A DNA stretch of 64,000 nucleotides from Octopus bimaculoides (lineage: Eukaryota). The stretch covers positions 32,442,417 through 32,506,416 of the forward strand of contig NC_068990.1 of NCBI RefSeq assembly GCF_001194135.2. Direction: 5' to 3'. Made by a program: the position numbers and the translations under genes. Shown piece after piece: positions 25,446 through 38,860 of this stretch. A model generated the notes under the pieces. The model was not told the origin of the DNA and did not search any database. It saw only the letters and a list, made by a program, of their open reading frames with translations. The stretch's first letter is position 1. Each line of letters opens with the position of its first letter.

Positions 25446-26246
25446 GACAGAGAGAGAAAGAGAGAGAGAGATAAACAGACATACAGAGAGGTTTATGAAT
25501 GACTCTAGCACACTATTTCAGTTTCTTTCATTAATTCTGAATGTTCTTTTTTTCTTTTTTCCCCTCTCTTTTATTTTTATGCTGTCTTTAGATTCTGGCA
25601 ACATCTGATTAAATGAAGAAGATGCAAGAAATATAATGGACACCAGCGAAAAAAACAAAGAAACAAAAGCAAAACAAAAACAAAACAAAACAAAAAAAAC
25701 AAGACAAGGACCGACTGATGGATGTATGGTAATAATATATAGTTGTTATACTTAGAATGGTAGTGGTAGGGCTGGTCTGGTTCATAATAGTCATATAACT
25801 TCACTTTTCCACTTTTGATTGGAACAGATAAAACAGTGTTTCCTCACTCATCGACACTGCTCTCCGTTGCTGTTTATTGCTTAGTGTTTTATCTCACTTT
25901 CATAGTTGCTAATATAGTTATTCTATTTATGGTTCTTGTAGTTATTATGGCAGTAGTCACTTAAGGAGACCCTTGTTGCTATGTTACTCAGATGTTTCTA
26001 GAAATTTTGGCTTTGGACTATTTAGATAATGCACTTTACTACACCAATGCAAAACCATATAATACATTACATACATTCACATAATTATATACTTACGCAT
26101 ATATGTATGTATGTACGTATGTATGTATGTACGTATGTATGCCTGCGTGTGTATGTATGTATGCATGTATGTATGTGTATGTATGCATGTATGTATGCAT
26201 GTGTGTATGAATGTATGCATGTATATACGTATATATACATATATAC

Positions 26247-26281
<35 letters not shown>

Positions 26282-26476
26282 NNNNNNNNNNNNNNNNNNN
26301 NNNNNNNNNNNNNNNNNNNNNNNNNNNNNNNNNNNNNNNNNNNNNNNNNNNNNNNNNNNNNNNNNNNNNNNNNNNNNNNNNNNNNNNNNNNNNNNNNNNN
26401 NNNNNNNNNNNNNNNNNNNNNNNNNNNNNNNNNNNNNNNNNNNNNNNNNNNNNNNNNNNNNNNNNNNNNNNNNNNN

Positions 26477-26536
<60 letters not shown>

Positions 26537-27914
26537 GCGCGCGCACACGTGCAAACACACACACACACATTCAGACCCTGAAGTTTTACAATGTAACTAC
26601 TTATAGTGAGTTCATCTAATTTACTGACCCCTTGGTGAGAATTTCACGCTAATGGTACTGTAGGATTAGAAGCTATTAATAAATAAATAATACACTTTGC
26701 TGAAAGCGTAGCACGCTCTAATATTTTATAAAAGACCCACTCATATCTCTATATTGTGGCATATATATATATACAGAGCTGGGTGTAAATCCATTAATCC
26801 GTTAGTCATTAATTAATGAAGTTAACATTTTCCTTAATGATGTAACTTTGAAAATCATTATCAGACTAATTAACTTCTGTTACATTTAGCTTCCGTTACC
26901 TCAAGTTCGTTAATCCCAAAATATCATAAAAACTGGAAAACGTTGAAAAGTTTCTATTATTTTCAGATTATCTTAGCATATTTAATTTTATATGTGTCAT
27001 TCTTTCAACCCTGATATAATGCCGCTTATTATTATAAATAACTTGTAGGACCTTCTTTGGCCCTGCCTGGATTTGAAACCAAATTCTGCCAGTTGTTGCT
27101 TGCAAGGAAAGCAGGGAATTTCTTTGTCTTGTCAAGAGGGAACAGTGTGTTTCCATATGATCTCTGACCTCTCTGTGTTGTGGAGATTTCAAATGGACAG
27201 CAAGTGTCCTACATTAGTATAAGCTATGCTTATAATGGTATATCCATCTTTATAAATACCAGCACTCTGTAAGTGAAAAATCAGAGTGAATCTTGACTGC
27301 CACACAATGAAGAAACTTTATAGCAGAAGACACTTGCCCAAGGTGCCACACAGTGGGACTGAACTCGGAACCATGTGGCTGGTAAGCAAGCTACTTACCA
27401 CACAGCCACTCCTGCGCCTATACTCCAAACAATTTTTCTTTTTCTTTTTTTTTTTTAAGCAATGATTCCTATACAAAATAAACAAAACCATTAAGAAACT
27501 TTGGTTTTCATAATGTAAATATTTCAACAAGTTAATTCAATACATGGTGAATAAGATATGAGTTATAGGGAAATTGAAGTCAGTAGCACTAAATACAAAA
27601 TAGAATGGAAATCTGGTTTTTAAAAAAGCAAAAATATACAAGAATCTGTGGCAGGAAAAAAGATGTTCAATAGAGATACATGAACATTGAGTTATATTTT
27701 AGTACGGGTACTGGTGACTATACAAAAAATGTTATAATGCTGTAAAAATATATCGTTACACTGTGTGTGTGTTATACATATAATATACATGTGTATGTAT
27801 ATGTGTGTTTATCATATATATNNNNNNNNNNNNNNNNNNNNNNNNNNNNNNNNNNNNNNNNNNNNNNNNNNNNNNNNNNNNNNNNNNNNNNNNNNNNNNN
27901 NNNNNNNNNNNNNN

Positions 27915-27954
<40 letters not shown>

Positions 27955-28480
27955 CATGCATATGTATTGTATGTACACACACACACACTATATGCATATA
28001 TAGCAAAATAACATTGTAATACAGTAGGTACATATAATATACAGATTATGTATTTCATTTTATTTCATTTTATCTAGTTTCAGCTCATGAGCTGCGGTCA
28101 TGCTGGGGCACCGTGGAGAAACATTTGAAGTTGTGACCATTTACAGACTTTTTTGTGAACTTGGGGTGAATTACTTTATTTTTGACTATATTATGGAAAA
28201 GAAATGATTATGCACTGAATATATATTGTTTCTTGCTATTTCTTAAAAGTATATTTTTTCTTTGTAATTCTTGACAACAATACTTTTTTCATGTTAAACA
28301 ATATTAAAGAATAAGAAATTATCTTTATAGTGTTGTTTCTTTCTCTTTTTCTTTCTTTTTTCTTTCTTTTTTTTTTACCTAAATTGTTGCTACTATTGGC
28401 TGATTTCACTTTCAGTTGAAACCATTACACTCTGATCTATGCAAGCAGCCAACCTGCTAGAGACAGTAGTCAAATCTTCC

Positions 28481-28694
28481 TTAACCCTTTAGGTTAATCT
28501 GTCACATGCAATACTCATTTATCCACATGGTTTTAAATTCATCATGCATTATCTCATAGCTTTGAAGTTTCAATGATTGTTTATTTTCAAAATAGCATTA
28601 TAGGATAGGTGTGAGAAGCAGGATCTGGCCAATTTGAACACAAAACGTAGAATATTTGTGCTGAATACGGCAGGTTTAAGTTTTACAAAGTTAA
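28481..28694. mobile_element. TTAA-flanked MITE, family 2
   Basis: TTAACCCTTTAG start and TTAA end; reverse-complement relatives at about 57531-57725 and 31010-31049. Confidence 0.7.
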
Positions 28695-28751
28695 ATCAAA
28701 TCCTATCATCTGTAGAAAAAGGAAGCCATATTGACAGTCATAGTTCTAGAT

Positions 28752-28998
28752 CAATGGTTCTCAACTGGAGTCCATACGACCCTTGTGGGTCCATATCAGA
28801 TTTTGTGGTTAAAATTTATGTGCAATACACTTCTACAATACACAAAATAATTTAACAATTTTTTTAATACAATTCCTAATGATATTTAATGTTATACAAC
28901 TACAAAAACAGGATTTTTAAAACATCAAATAGCCTAGGGGGTCCACTCAAGTAAAATAGCAATCAAAGGGGTCCATATGTAAAATAGATGAGAAACAC
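28752..28998. mobile_element. hAT/Charlie-type MITE
   Basis: TIR CAATGGTTCTCAAC / GATGAGAAACAC, flanked on both sides by the 8-bp TTCTAGAT. Confidence 0.8.
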
Positions 28999-29610
28999 TT
29001 CTAGATAAACAAAAAGATAGGATACTCCTATCTGCTTCATCTTAGATTGGCTTTATCAGACATAACCAACAAGTAAAGAATAACAACATCTAATGAAATA
29101 ATCTCCACTTTTCATATTTTGTGTTAGACATTTTACAGCATACATTCAACTTAAAATGATGTGTCTGTAGTAAGGTAAGCCACTGAAATCATCCTGGCAG
29201 ATAACCTCATAGATCTGGTTAGTTGTAGACATATCATACAAATGTAGAAAAGCAATAAAAGTAGCTATTATCTCCCTCATATCCTGTGTATTCTTTATTA
29301 CCAGTTGATATCTCATGATTCCATTAAGCTTTCAGACTAAAGGTGATGTTTTGTCATAATTTTAATGTCCACACTGAAGAGGACACATGCACATATATAA
29401 CCTCCTCCTCCTCCTCTTTACAATCATAAAGCAATCATTAATATACGTCAATTCATAAATATATATACAAAATCATCACACATTTTGGTGTATATGTTTT
29501 AAAAAAAGTAGCAAAAAACATACAATAAAAAACAAACCAAAACTTCAAAATCACTGTCAACATTTCCCTGGTAAAAATTTATTAATAAGTACTCTATATG
29601 CATATATGTG

Positions 29611-29648
<38 letters not shown>

Positions 29649-29729
29649 AGAATTCACAAAAAAACAACAGACGAAGACAGGTGTAGAAAACAAATAGATG
29701 TATTAGTATAACACTCAGGAATTGAAAAA

Positions 29730-29768
29730 GTCTTTAACATTTCGAGCCTACGTTCTTCCACAGAAAGG
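29730..29768 (-). ncRNA. Degenerate hammerhead-like motif within a repeat abutting (TA)n
   Basis: Minus strand CTTT-CTGTGGA-A-GAAC gtag GCTC-GAAA-TG-TT-AAAG; A6 substituted, one stem II mismatch. Confidence 0.35.
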
Positions 29769-30081
29769 AACACAGAAAGAAACTACAAAGCTAAACTCTT
29801 TATGGATGGGTACCAACAAGTTTTTAGAATCTGACAATACGCCATAAAGCTAAACCCTTTATGGATGAGAAACCTAAGGTAATCCCATAAACTGACCTTC
29901 TCCATTTTTAATATATAACTGCTCTACATCTTAGAATGTGCATCTTCTTTCGGATTTATGTTTTCTACAAACAATATACATATATAATAGTAACAAGGGC
30001 TACTTCAATAAGTATACACACGTGCCGACAATAAGGGGAATGAAAACTAGGAGAAATTCCTTCAATAAAAAAGAAATTTAA

Positions 30082-30144
30082 TCATATACCATTAATGATT
30101 TCATGGTCACCATGCATTACCATGTTCTCCACTCATCAGTACGA
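30082..30144 (-). ncRNA. Type I hammerhead ribozyme (second family), copy 1
   Basis: TCGTA-CTGATGA-GTGG(22 nt)CCAT-GAAA-TCATTAATGG-TA-TATGA; 5-bp stem I, intact core, GUA cleavage triplet. Confidence 0.7.
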
Positions 30145-30595
30145 ACATCACCAGGAAAAATAAATATATAGACATCTGTACATACCAAATGAACACAATG
30201 CATCCAGCAGAGCATATACAAATGTTTACACTTATAAATCCAGTTAAAGGGGTCTCTGCTTAGTTCATCCTCATTATGTGTGTATAATCGAAATAGTTCA
30301 GCACTGAATATATTCCAGTTCAATATTTGTAAATAAAATATAAGGCTAAAATCTATATATGATTTTATCGAGTAGCCAGCATGCAAACCAATTAAGGAAA
30401 AAAAAATTATACAAGGTATCTAATTTTTTCCTTTATATATAAAATACATTATAATATCAAGGGCTATTATTGTGCATCAAAGCCACACACTTTAGTGGGA
30501 ATCTAAAGTCAAACTACTTCAATAAGCATATACATGCGCCAGGATCGAGGGAATGAAAACTAGAAGAAATGCCTTCAATAAAAAAAAAGGTTTAG

Positions 30596-30664
30596 TTGTA
30601 TACCATTAATAATTTCGTGGTCACCATGTATTACCATGTTCCCCACTCATCTTTCACTCATCAG
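30596..30664 (-). ncRNA. Type I hammerhead ribozyme (second family), copy 2, damaged
   Basis: CTGATGA-GTG[aaagatgagtg]GGG...CCAC-GAAA-TTATTAATGG-TA; 11-nt duplication in stem II, stem I not evident. Confidence 0.5.
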
Positions 30665-31290
30665 CTGGTGTATACTTGTTGCAGTAGTTTCTCTTTCAAC
30701 TCCCATTAAAGCATGTGGCTTTTATGCACAGTAATAGCCCTTGATATTATAATGTATTTTATGTATAAAGGAAAAAATTAGATACCTTGTATAAATTTGT
30801 TTTCCTTAATTGGTTTATACGCTGGCTACTTGATAAAATCTTATATAGATTTTATCCTTATATTTTATTTACAAATAAATATATAAATATGTGTATCAGA
30901 CATAACCAACAAGTAAACAATAACATCTCCACTTTTCATATTTCTACTTTTCATATTTTGTGTTAGACATTCAACTTAAATGTATATATATATAAAGTGA
31001 GTAAATAATTATTACACCAGACAGATTAATCTGAATGCTAAAGGGTTAAGAAAGATTTGACTACTATTTCCAGCAGGTTGGCTGACACCACAGAGCTGAA
31101 TGTAATGGTTTCATAAATACATAAAGCTTTGATTACAAGAGATCCCTAAAAGATTGAGGCATATCAATGTGAAGCATGCCACAAATTGGCTGGACAGAAT
31201 GATGCAAAACAGACAGTTAAGTTATCCATTATCATATCACAGAATGCATGGAAGAAAGAAAGTTCACTATTCTTAGACAATCCAAAACTC

Positions 31291-31420
31291 TAATATAGAT
31301 GTTTTCGATCTAGTTTGGATTCTTTGCCATCAAATTTGAATTCTTTGCCATCAAATTTGATTGCAAAGAATTCAAATTTGATGGCAAAGAATCCAAACTA
31401 GATCAAAAACATCTATATTA
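31291..31420. repeat. 130-bp near-perfect palindrome (58-bp arms, 1 mismatch, 14-nt spacer)
   Basis: TAATATAGATGTTTTCGATCTAGTTTGG... versus ...CCAAACTAGATCAAAAACATCTATATTA. Confidence 0.95.
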
Positions 31421-32404
31421 TCCAAAAGTATTTAATGATGAATGGAGCCTTAAGCATAGTATAAAAGCATAATAAAAACAGACGAATGGGTTATCTGGTA
31501 TTGCTACAGTTGTTTTAAGAGTCTATATTGTGAAGTAAGCATAGTACACACAACATCCATAAGCTACATAATAGATTACATAATTTTCAACTCGTTATGC
31601 TGCCAAATAAACAAGCAAACAGTGATATATCATAAACAGATCATCAACAAGTGAAATTCCTAATCAGAATAATCAAACATTTAAGAGGGTGGATAGCAGA
31701 ATGAGGTTGTAAATTAAAGAAGAGTTAATAGTAATCCTATTCCAAAGATGTCATTAAACTTAGCAACCTTGTTCATGAAGGCTGGTAGCAGCAGAACATG
31801 CTTGTATACTTGGCAGTGAGCAGGTGCCAAGCATGATATTTGACCTGATCAAAACATGTTCAAAGATAGCAGCTGAAGCTGTTTTTTTTTAAAAAACATT
31901 TACTGTTATATTGTTTTAAAGTTTACTACATTAATGAGCAGTGTGGTTAATAAATTCTGGTGTTACTTAATTGTTCATCTAATTAATCATGATAAAAGTT
32001 CTCTCATCAATTATTACAGAGCTAATAGAATATTGACTTTAATTAACAGAAATCCAGCTAATTATAATTCAGGGATAATAACTTAAGGAAAACTGCAGAT
32101 TAGGGAAGTTCTCTGTGAAATTTCAGAGGAGAGAGAAGAAAATGAAGGATAAAGCAAAAAAAAAAATAATAAATAAAAAAAAATAAAAACAGAATAGGAT
32201 AAATCAAATAGAGAAAGTAGTCAGTATACTGTCAGGAAGATGCTATTAACATTTACTAAAACCTTCAGTCAGTTGAAGAATTAGTTCTGCAGTAAACCCA
32301 TTGCAATTTATTCAAAGCAGTCCTTTCTAAGTACTTGAAATTATTAATTTTTGAGGTGGCTAAACTGTTTTACAAAATAAATGTCACTTAGTATACATAC
32401 ATAC

Positions 32405-32569
32405 ATCATTGAGTGTTCGAAGGTCATGCTTCACCACCTCATCCCATGTCTTCCTGAGTCTACCTCTTCCAGGGGTTCCTTCCACAGTTAGGGTGTGGCA
32501 CTTATATATATATATCATCATCATCATTGTTTAACGTCCACTTTCCATGCTAGCATGGGTTGGACGATT

Positions 32570-32575
<6 letters not shown>
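32405..32575 (-). mobile_element. RTE fragments (C-terminal ORF piece and tail)
   Basis: CHTLTVEGTPGRGRLRKTWDEVVKHDLRTL; tail GTGGACGTTAAACAATGATG. Confidence 0.8.
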
Positions 32576-32600
<25 letters not shown>

Positions 32601-34178
32601 CTCAATGTGTGTTTGACTTTGTGTTTGTCCCCCAACCACTGCTTGACAATAAGATTTGGTTTGTTTATGTCCCCATAACTTAGCAGTTTAGCAAAACAGA
32701 CTGATGAAATAAGCACCAGATTTGAAAAATAAAAGCTGAAATCGAATTTTTTACTAAACCCTTCACAGTGGTCAGTGGTGCCCCTGCATGGCCATAGTCC
32801 AATCACTGAAACGAGTAAAAGATAAAAGGTAAATACCTTTCAGATGATGCAGATTATGATTTTATTGGAATTTAATGTGAGAAAAATAATTGGTGGGTGC
32901 ACACACGTACATACTGACAAACGCCACATGTATATCTACACAATAAAACTTGAAATTTTGAGAAAATTATGTGATGTGTATCGATATGCATGTTTGTGTG
33001 CATGCCTAGCAATTTATTTTTTACATTAAATTCTAATATAATCATAATCTATGCCATCTGAAAGTTATTCATAGAAATTTACATTAGAAAAAACCATTCA
33101 TTTTTCTGTAAGTTACGAGGAAACAAAGTTAATGAAAAAGCACGCTTGTATAGGTATGCTCTTATCTTATTAACTCTGAAAGGGATGAAAGGCAAAGGTA
33201 TCTCAGTTGAATTTGAACTCAGAATGTGAAGCACCAGGAGAAATGTCACCAAACATTTTGTTTGATCGGCTTATGATTTGGACAACTCACCACATTTTCA
33301 AAATTATTACATAATATAACCAAACAGTATTTGCTCATAAATTTGGTTATGCTTTTCTAATAAAAGTCACAAGCAGATGTGAGCCTCTTCTTCCTTATAA
33401 TAAAGTATTTCTCCAAATGGTCAGTTGCTGTTTTTCTGTCAATTCAAGAATACGACAAGCATTTTCATACATTTTTTTATCCTTCTATCTGTGGTTAAGA
33501 ACTTTTCATCAGTAATGTCACAGCAACTTATGAAAATGTTCTTTCACATGCACAAAATAGAAATAACTCTTGTCATCTGTTCTGTTGGACACACACTTCT
33601 TACTGAAAAATGTATGTTGTATTATTACTTTTAAACATTCTGACTGAAGTTTGTATAAACTTGGTCTTTGCCAATTACATACTTAATTGAATTAAATTAT
33701 TTTGTTTGAAAGATTCACCTTTTAGTATTTTCTTTATCTTTGTGTCATTTAATTTATTTTACTGACTTTATTTATACAAATTATGATATGACACACTTTA
33801 TATTGAGCCAGACTTATGCTTTTGTTTTCATTTTATCTTAGACATTTTGCCTTTCATCCCTTCAAGGTCAATAAAATAGTACCAGTTGGGGTGAATGTAA
33901 TCAACTTGCTCCTCCCCCAAATTTTGCTGGCCTTGTGTGAAAATTAGAAAGAATTATATTTTGGACTCCTTGTATGCTAACATATTTTTTCTTTAAATAC
34001 TTCATTTATAGTTGGTGCCAAACATTTCTAGCAACAGTATTTTACATGTGAAATGGTTGTTTTCTTATCTTGAAGCAACTGCATGGTCGTTGCCTTTTCA
34101 ATCAACTACTTGCAGGATAATCTGTTTTTGTTCATAAGTTGAACAGTGGAGCCAGCAGAGATTTTAAAATGGTGCTAG

Positions 34179-35614
34179 CAGGGCTGCCAATTCATAATTT
34201 AAAAAAAAAAGCACTGTTTCAAAAGCTAAAAGACATTAAAAAGAACTAAATAAAAGTGAAAAGTACCAAGGAAAAGTACCTAAGCAAAACATCATATAAA
34301 AAGGTATAAATTTCAAACAGTTTATATGTGAAAATTCAATTCTAATTAAATTAAAATGAAATTAACATAATTACTTTTATTTTTACTCCATAATATTTTC
34401 AAAGATTTTCCAATCAATTTCTTTTGATGTAGAAGCTGCAGTTACACATGATTTATAAGCATCCCTGGATCTAATTTTCTTTAACAGTTCATTAGGTAGT
34501 TTATAATCAACATCTACCATTTTGTTTAAGTCCATAGTCAATGTTCAAAGTTTCTCTTAGTGATTCTATGCTAAAATGATTACTCATTTGGTTTCATAAA
34601 ATTCATATGGCTAAATACTCTCTCCACATCAGCATATGCATGTGGTAAAATGAGAATTGTTAAAGCTAACTTAGACAGATGTTCAGATAGACTTTCCCTG
34701 GTAAAATCCCTATACTTCAATCCAGATAGAAACTGTCTGAAATCTGTGTCCATCATGTATTTAAAAAAAATTTCCATTGAAAATTAATTTTTGTCAGAAG
34801 CTCTGAATCTTCATTAAAATAGTTTGCTATGTTTTAATGGTTTGAGACATTTGCCAAAGACATAAAGATGAAAATTATCAAGAAGGCACTGTTTAATTTG
34901 CTCTAAAATATCAACAACAAATATCATGCATCAGCTTATTATCTAATTTTCTTCTTGCTCCATAAATTTACACTCTGAGATTTCCTTCTCAAATTGATAA
35001 AAAAGATATGGCTTTGGATCAAAATAATCCTGCACTGAATCATTTCATTCAGTTCCTTTCCTGGCATTATAATTATTAAACAAAGTGAATCAAAGAGATG
35101 AAGATCATTCAATAATTTTTGAGGGTCTTGTGTTTACCCATTAAAACTAACTTTTTTCTTCATTATTCTAAACCCTTAGTTATATGGGCCAATGATCCAA
35201 GTAACCCTCCATAGGATCAAGTTTTAAAGTCTGCACAGAGTGTGGTTCTTGAGCTTATATATAATAGATTAATCTTGGATATAATAAATATAATAGATTT
35301 GAAAAAAAAAGTTTATAAAAATGAATTATTTCTATATTTAGAGGTATTCATCCAACAAATACTTCAAATTTATGACAAATTTGTATCATTGTGTCTCTCT
35401 CATAATGGCAAAACCTGAGTGTTGTAGCCGAAGTGGCATCTGACCTGAATTTTAAACAAAAAGATCTGAATTAAGTTCTGATTTCCCATTAATGGTAAAG
35501 TACTAAGTTTAGCACTAAACTAAAATAAAAAAAAAAACACTAAATGGATTTTCATGCTGAAAGTAGTAAAAAAGAATTAAATCTAGTGTGCAAAGCACTA
35601 AATTGGCAACCGTA
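34179..35614 (-). mobile_element. hAT-like DNA transposon relic
   Basis: Dimerisation-domain motif LSKLALTILILPHAYADVERVFSHMNFMK (34580-34700); imperfect TIRs CAGGGCTGCCAATT / AATTGGCAACCGTA. Confidence 0.7.
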
Positions 35615-37483
35615 TGTATTAAAACAGTACTAGAACAATTTGTTGTCAGTCTCCAAGTCATAATATTACTAGGCTATTTCATTGTTTTTCTGGTTTCAGA
35701 CTGTATGTTTTAGTTTCATTTGAAATTAAATATGTAAAATGTATCAAGTAAGTATTGAATCATTGCTAGAATGATTCTTGGAGCATTTTGTGCAGAATAA
35801 ATTTTGGAAACTAGTGTATGAAAAAAAAACTATTTAATTCTGTTATGATGACTGTGTTGATCACAACCAAACCATGAAAAATTTTTATTCAGGTGGAAAA
35901 AAACCACCCCTAAAAATGAAATAGAAATACCAGTGAGCACTTTAGACAATTATGATTTTAAACAAAATTAATTTCTTGAAAGCTGTTGTTTGTAATCTGA
36001 AATATTAATATCTCAAATGTTTTTTATTTTATTTTAACATTAGTTTTTGTTTGTCATCTATTTTATGTTCTTGGTAAATTATTTTAAATAAATAAATCAT
36101 AGTTTTAGTTTATTTATACAACCATCTATATGCAATATGTATCCTTTTTATATAAATTTGTTTGTGTTGATGTGTTCAATAAAATCATCATCATCATCAT
36201 CTTCATCTTCATCATCATCATCATCATCATCATCATTATCATCATCATTAAAGCCTGCCTAAAAGAAAGAAACTGAAAATAAGAAATTTTACAACAAAAG
36301 TAAGGATATTGTCCTGATATTTCATTTTTCTTTTCTATTCAATGCTGCTTGATATCATCTACTTCTTTTAAGTAGAAAGTTTCTTAACAATGGTTCAATA
36401 CTTCATTTAAGCATCACTTGGTAACTTGGTGGTATTCTGACTTGGTAACTAGTAACAAATTGACCAGATACCACTAAAACATAAACAAGGAAAGGGCAGT
36501 ATCTACAGCAGATAGATGACTGGGAAAGAGTAGAAGTATAAGGCATTTTCAGTAGTAAATTCTGCTACAAAAAGTATAGGTATTCTTTGTAAAGAAATGA
36601 ATAGATAACATAAATGGTATAGTGAAGTTGGCTGATAGCAATAACGTTTAAAATCTAGTGAGAAATGGAATGATAGCCAATGTAATTGCTATAAATGTCC
36701 CTGAAGGAAGCTTAACAGACCAAAAGCAAACGGCCACAAACACTCTCTCTCTCTATTCCTCTCTCTCTCTATTCCTCTCTCTCTCCCCCATTCTGTTCCT
36801 TCGGTGAGTTTAATCGGTTTCTTGAAAGAATTCATTAAGCGAAAAATTTCTTAAACGAATTTGGTGATATGTTTGCTCACCTTTGAGCAAACCTATTCAG
36901 AATTCTATTTATAGCGCACTTTGATGGTTCAGAGTAGCAAGCAGAGAAATTTTAATGACACCAAATGAATTCAAGGGAAAATGCAATCTTGTATGGGCAT
37001 TTTTAATAGGAATTTATTAAATTATTTGATAAAAGAAAAATTTCATGGAAGAGAAAACAATGTATAAATTTTGTAACATGAAGGAAATTTTGGAGAGTTG
37101 AGATAATTTGAGTTGGATAATAACCCAGAGGATAGGTGTCTCATATCTCATAGTCTGTGTTGCACTCTTTCTATGAGCAAGACTCTTTCTTTTTGCTCTA
37201 TCTATTTAGCTACAAGTCAATAACATGGACAAGTATAATTGATTACATCAGGAGTGGGAAGATTGTTATTAAGTGTCAAGTTTAAATCCTCAGCTGAATA
37301 TGATAGAAGTACCTGGTTTCTGTCATTTCTACCACCACAATGCCAAAGTGGACTCTGTGTGTGTTTATAAGTTGTTACCTGAAGTACTACAGTTTATATA
37401 TATATATATAGTAACACAAAGGGAGGAATTTCGATAATCTCCATGTGATGAGTTGTAATGTAAAGAATATATATATAAAATAG

Positions 37484-37705
37484 AAGGAAAATGTACACAC
37501 TTTACATAGTTTTAATATATTTTTTACTATATTTTATATTGTGTTTGTGGACTGGTTTCACTCTCACTAATCATGGAATTGAAATTATTGTAATTTCATA
37601 TGAAATTACAATAATTTCAATGCGAGAGTGAAACTGGTCGACAAACACAATATAAAATATATTAAAAAACATATTAGAACTATGTAAAGTGCATGCATTT
37701 TCCTT
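37484..37705. mobile_element. Foldback MITE-like palindrome with a perfect spacer-less 42-bp core (37579-37620)
   Basis: TTGAAATTATTGTAATTTCAT|ATGAAATTACAATAATTTCAA; diverged arms extend to AAGGAAAA / TTTTCCTT. Confidence 0.8.
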
Positions 37706-38339
37706 CATTAATTATATATATCATAATTCTAGTCTAACAGTCTGACTTTAGATCTGATTATAGTCTATAAAGGATGGCTGGTAAATTCCACATTTGTAAT
37801 AGTTACTACAGACAGGCAGCCACCACCAGGTAGAGATATTCCATTACCTTCAGTGTCCAACAGCATCAATCTTGAGATTAAAATTCTTATATGATTTTTA
37901 TTTTTAAATCACACAATTCGAAGAATTTCCTAACCTTTCTCAGTCACCTGAAAGAGAATCTAAACTGGTATATATCTCACGACTATAATTTAATTCATTT
38001 TAAGCAATTGTTAAGTAATTAGATTAATTTCTTCATATATTAAAAAATGATACTGTGACATCATTAATTGAAATGACTATCATGGCAATTAAAGAGGTCT
38101 CTAATGGCAAACTTTTTGATTACTACTGACTTTAAAAAGTGTTGTTGTTATTGTTAAAACTATAATACTTTTTTGTTGTTATTGCCATCATGATGAAAAA
38201 TAATCTTCATTAATTAATGGTATGGTTACCATTGTTACAGATATTGTTTCAAGTTCAGGGCTGGAATTAGTAAGGCTATCATGCTATATCATACTAAGGT
38301 ATGTGATTCATATTTTAGAAATGGTTCTGTTGTTCTTTT

Positions 38340-38818
38340 ATTAGTGTGGTTGATGGAAGAACTTTTTTTCTATCTTGTTTTGGTCATTGGACTGTGGCCT
38401 TACTGTGACACCATCCTGAAGGTTTAAGTTAAACAGATCAACCCAATACTTATTTTTAAAGTTTGGTATTTATTCTGTAGGTCTAGTATGCTGAACTGCT
38501 AAGTTATAAGGATGTAAACAAACCAATGTTGATTGTCAAGCAGTGGTGTGGGACAAATGCACACACACAGATATATATATATATATANNNNNNNNNNNNN
38601 NNNNNNNNNNNNNNNNNNNNNNNNNNNNNNNNNNNNNNNNNNNNNNNNNNNNNNNNNNNNNNNNNNNNNNNNNNNNNNNNNNNNNNNNNNNNNNNNNNNN
38701 NNNNNNNNNNNNNNNNNNNNNNNNNNNNNNNNNNNNNNNNNNNNNNAATGTTGAAGTGAATCTGACGGCTTTTGTGTGTTATTTTAAATGGCTTATAAAC
38801 ACCTTCCACGCTGCAATT

Positions 38819-38860
<42 letters not shown>

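Larger units (their letters stand above)
30000..30877 (-). mobile_element. Non-coding PLE/retrozyme-like composite: two approximately 140-bp direct repeats (offset 514) plus an approximately 210-bp inverted duplication
   Basis: 30000-30139 aligns with 30514-30664; 30324-30535 aligns with the reverse complement of 30668-30877. Confidence 0.7.

Noticed and set aside
25592-25728. Plus-strand acceptor and donor-like pair
   Set aside because: Stops in all three frames; could be a non-coding exon but there is no further evidence.
26770-27320. Possible hAT TIR and CFPC zinc-finger transposase remnant
   Set aside because: Similarity too weak and fragmentary to support a call.
28481-31049. A single 2.6-kb piggyBac-like element bounded by TTAACCCTTTAG / CTAAAGGGTTAA
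   Set aside because: The left copy appears to close at 28694, and the right end is the start of a separate inverted MITE fragment.
37790-37880. Minus-strand LMLLDTEG (GBP/atlastin-like G3 motif) with an AAG|GTAATG donor
   Set aside because: Only a short motif in AT-rich sequence, with no other GTPase exons found.
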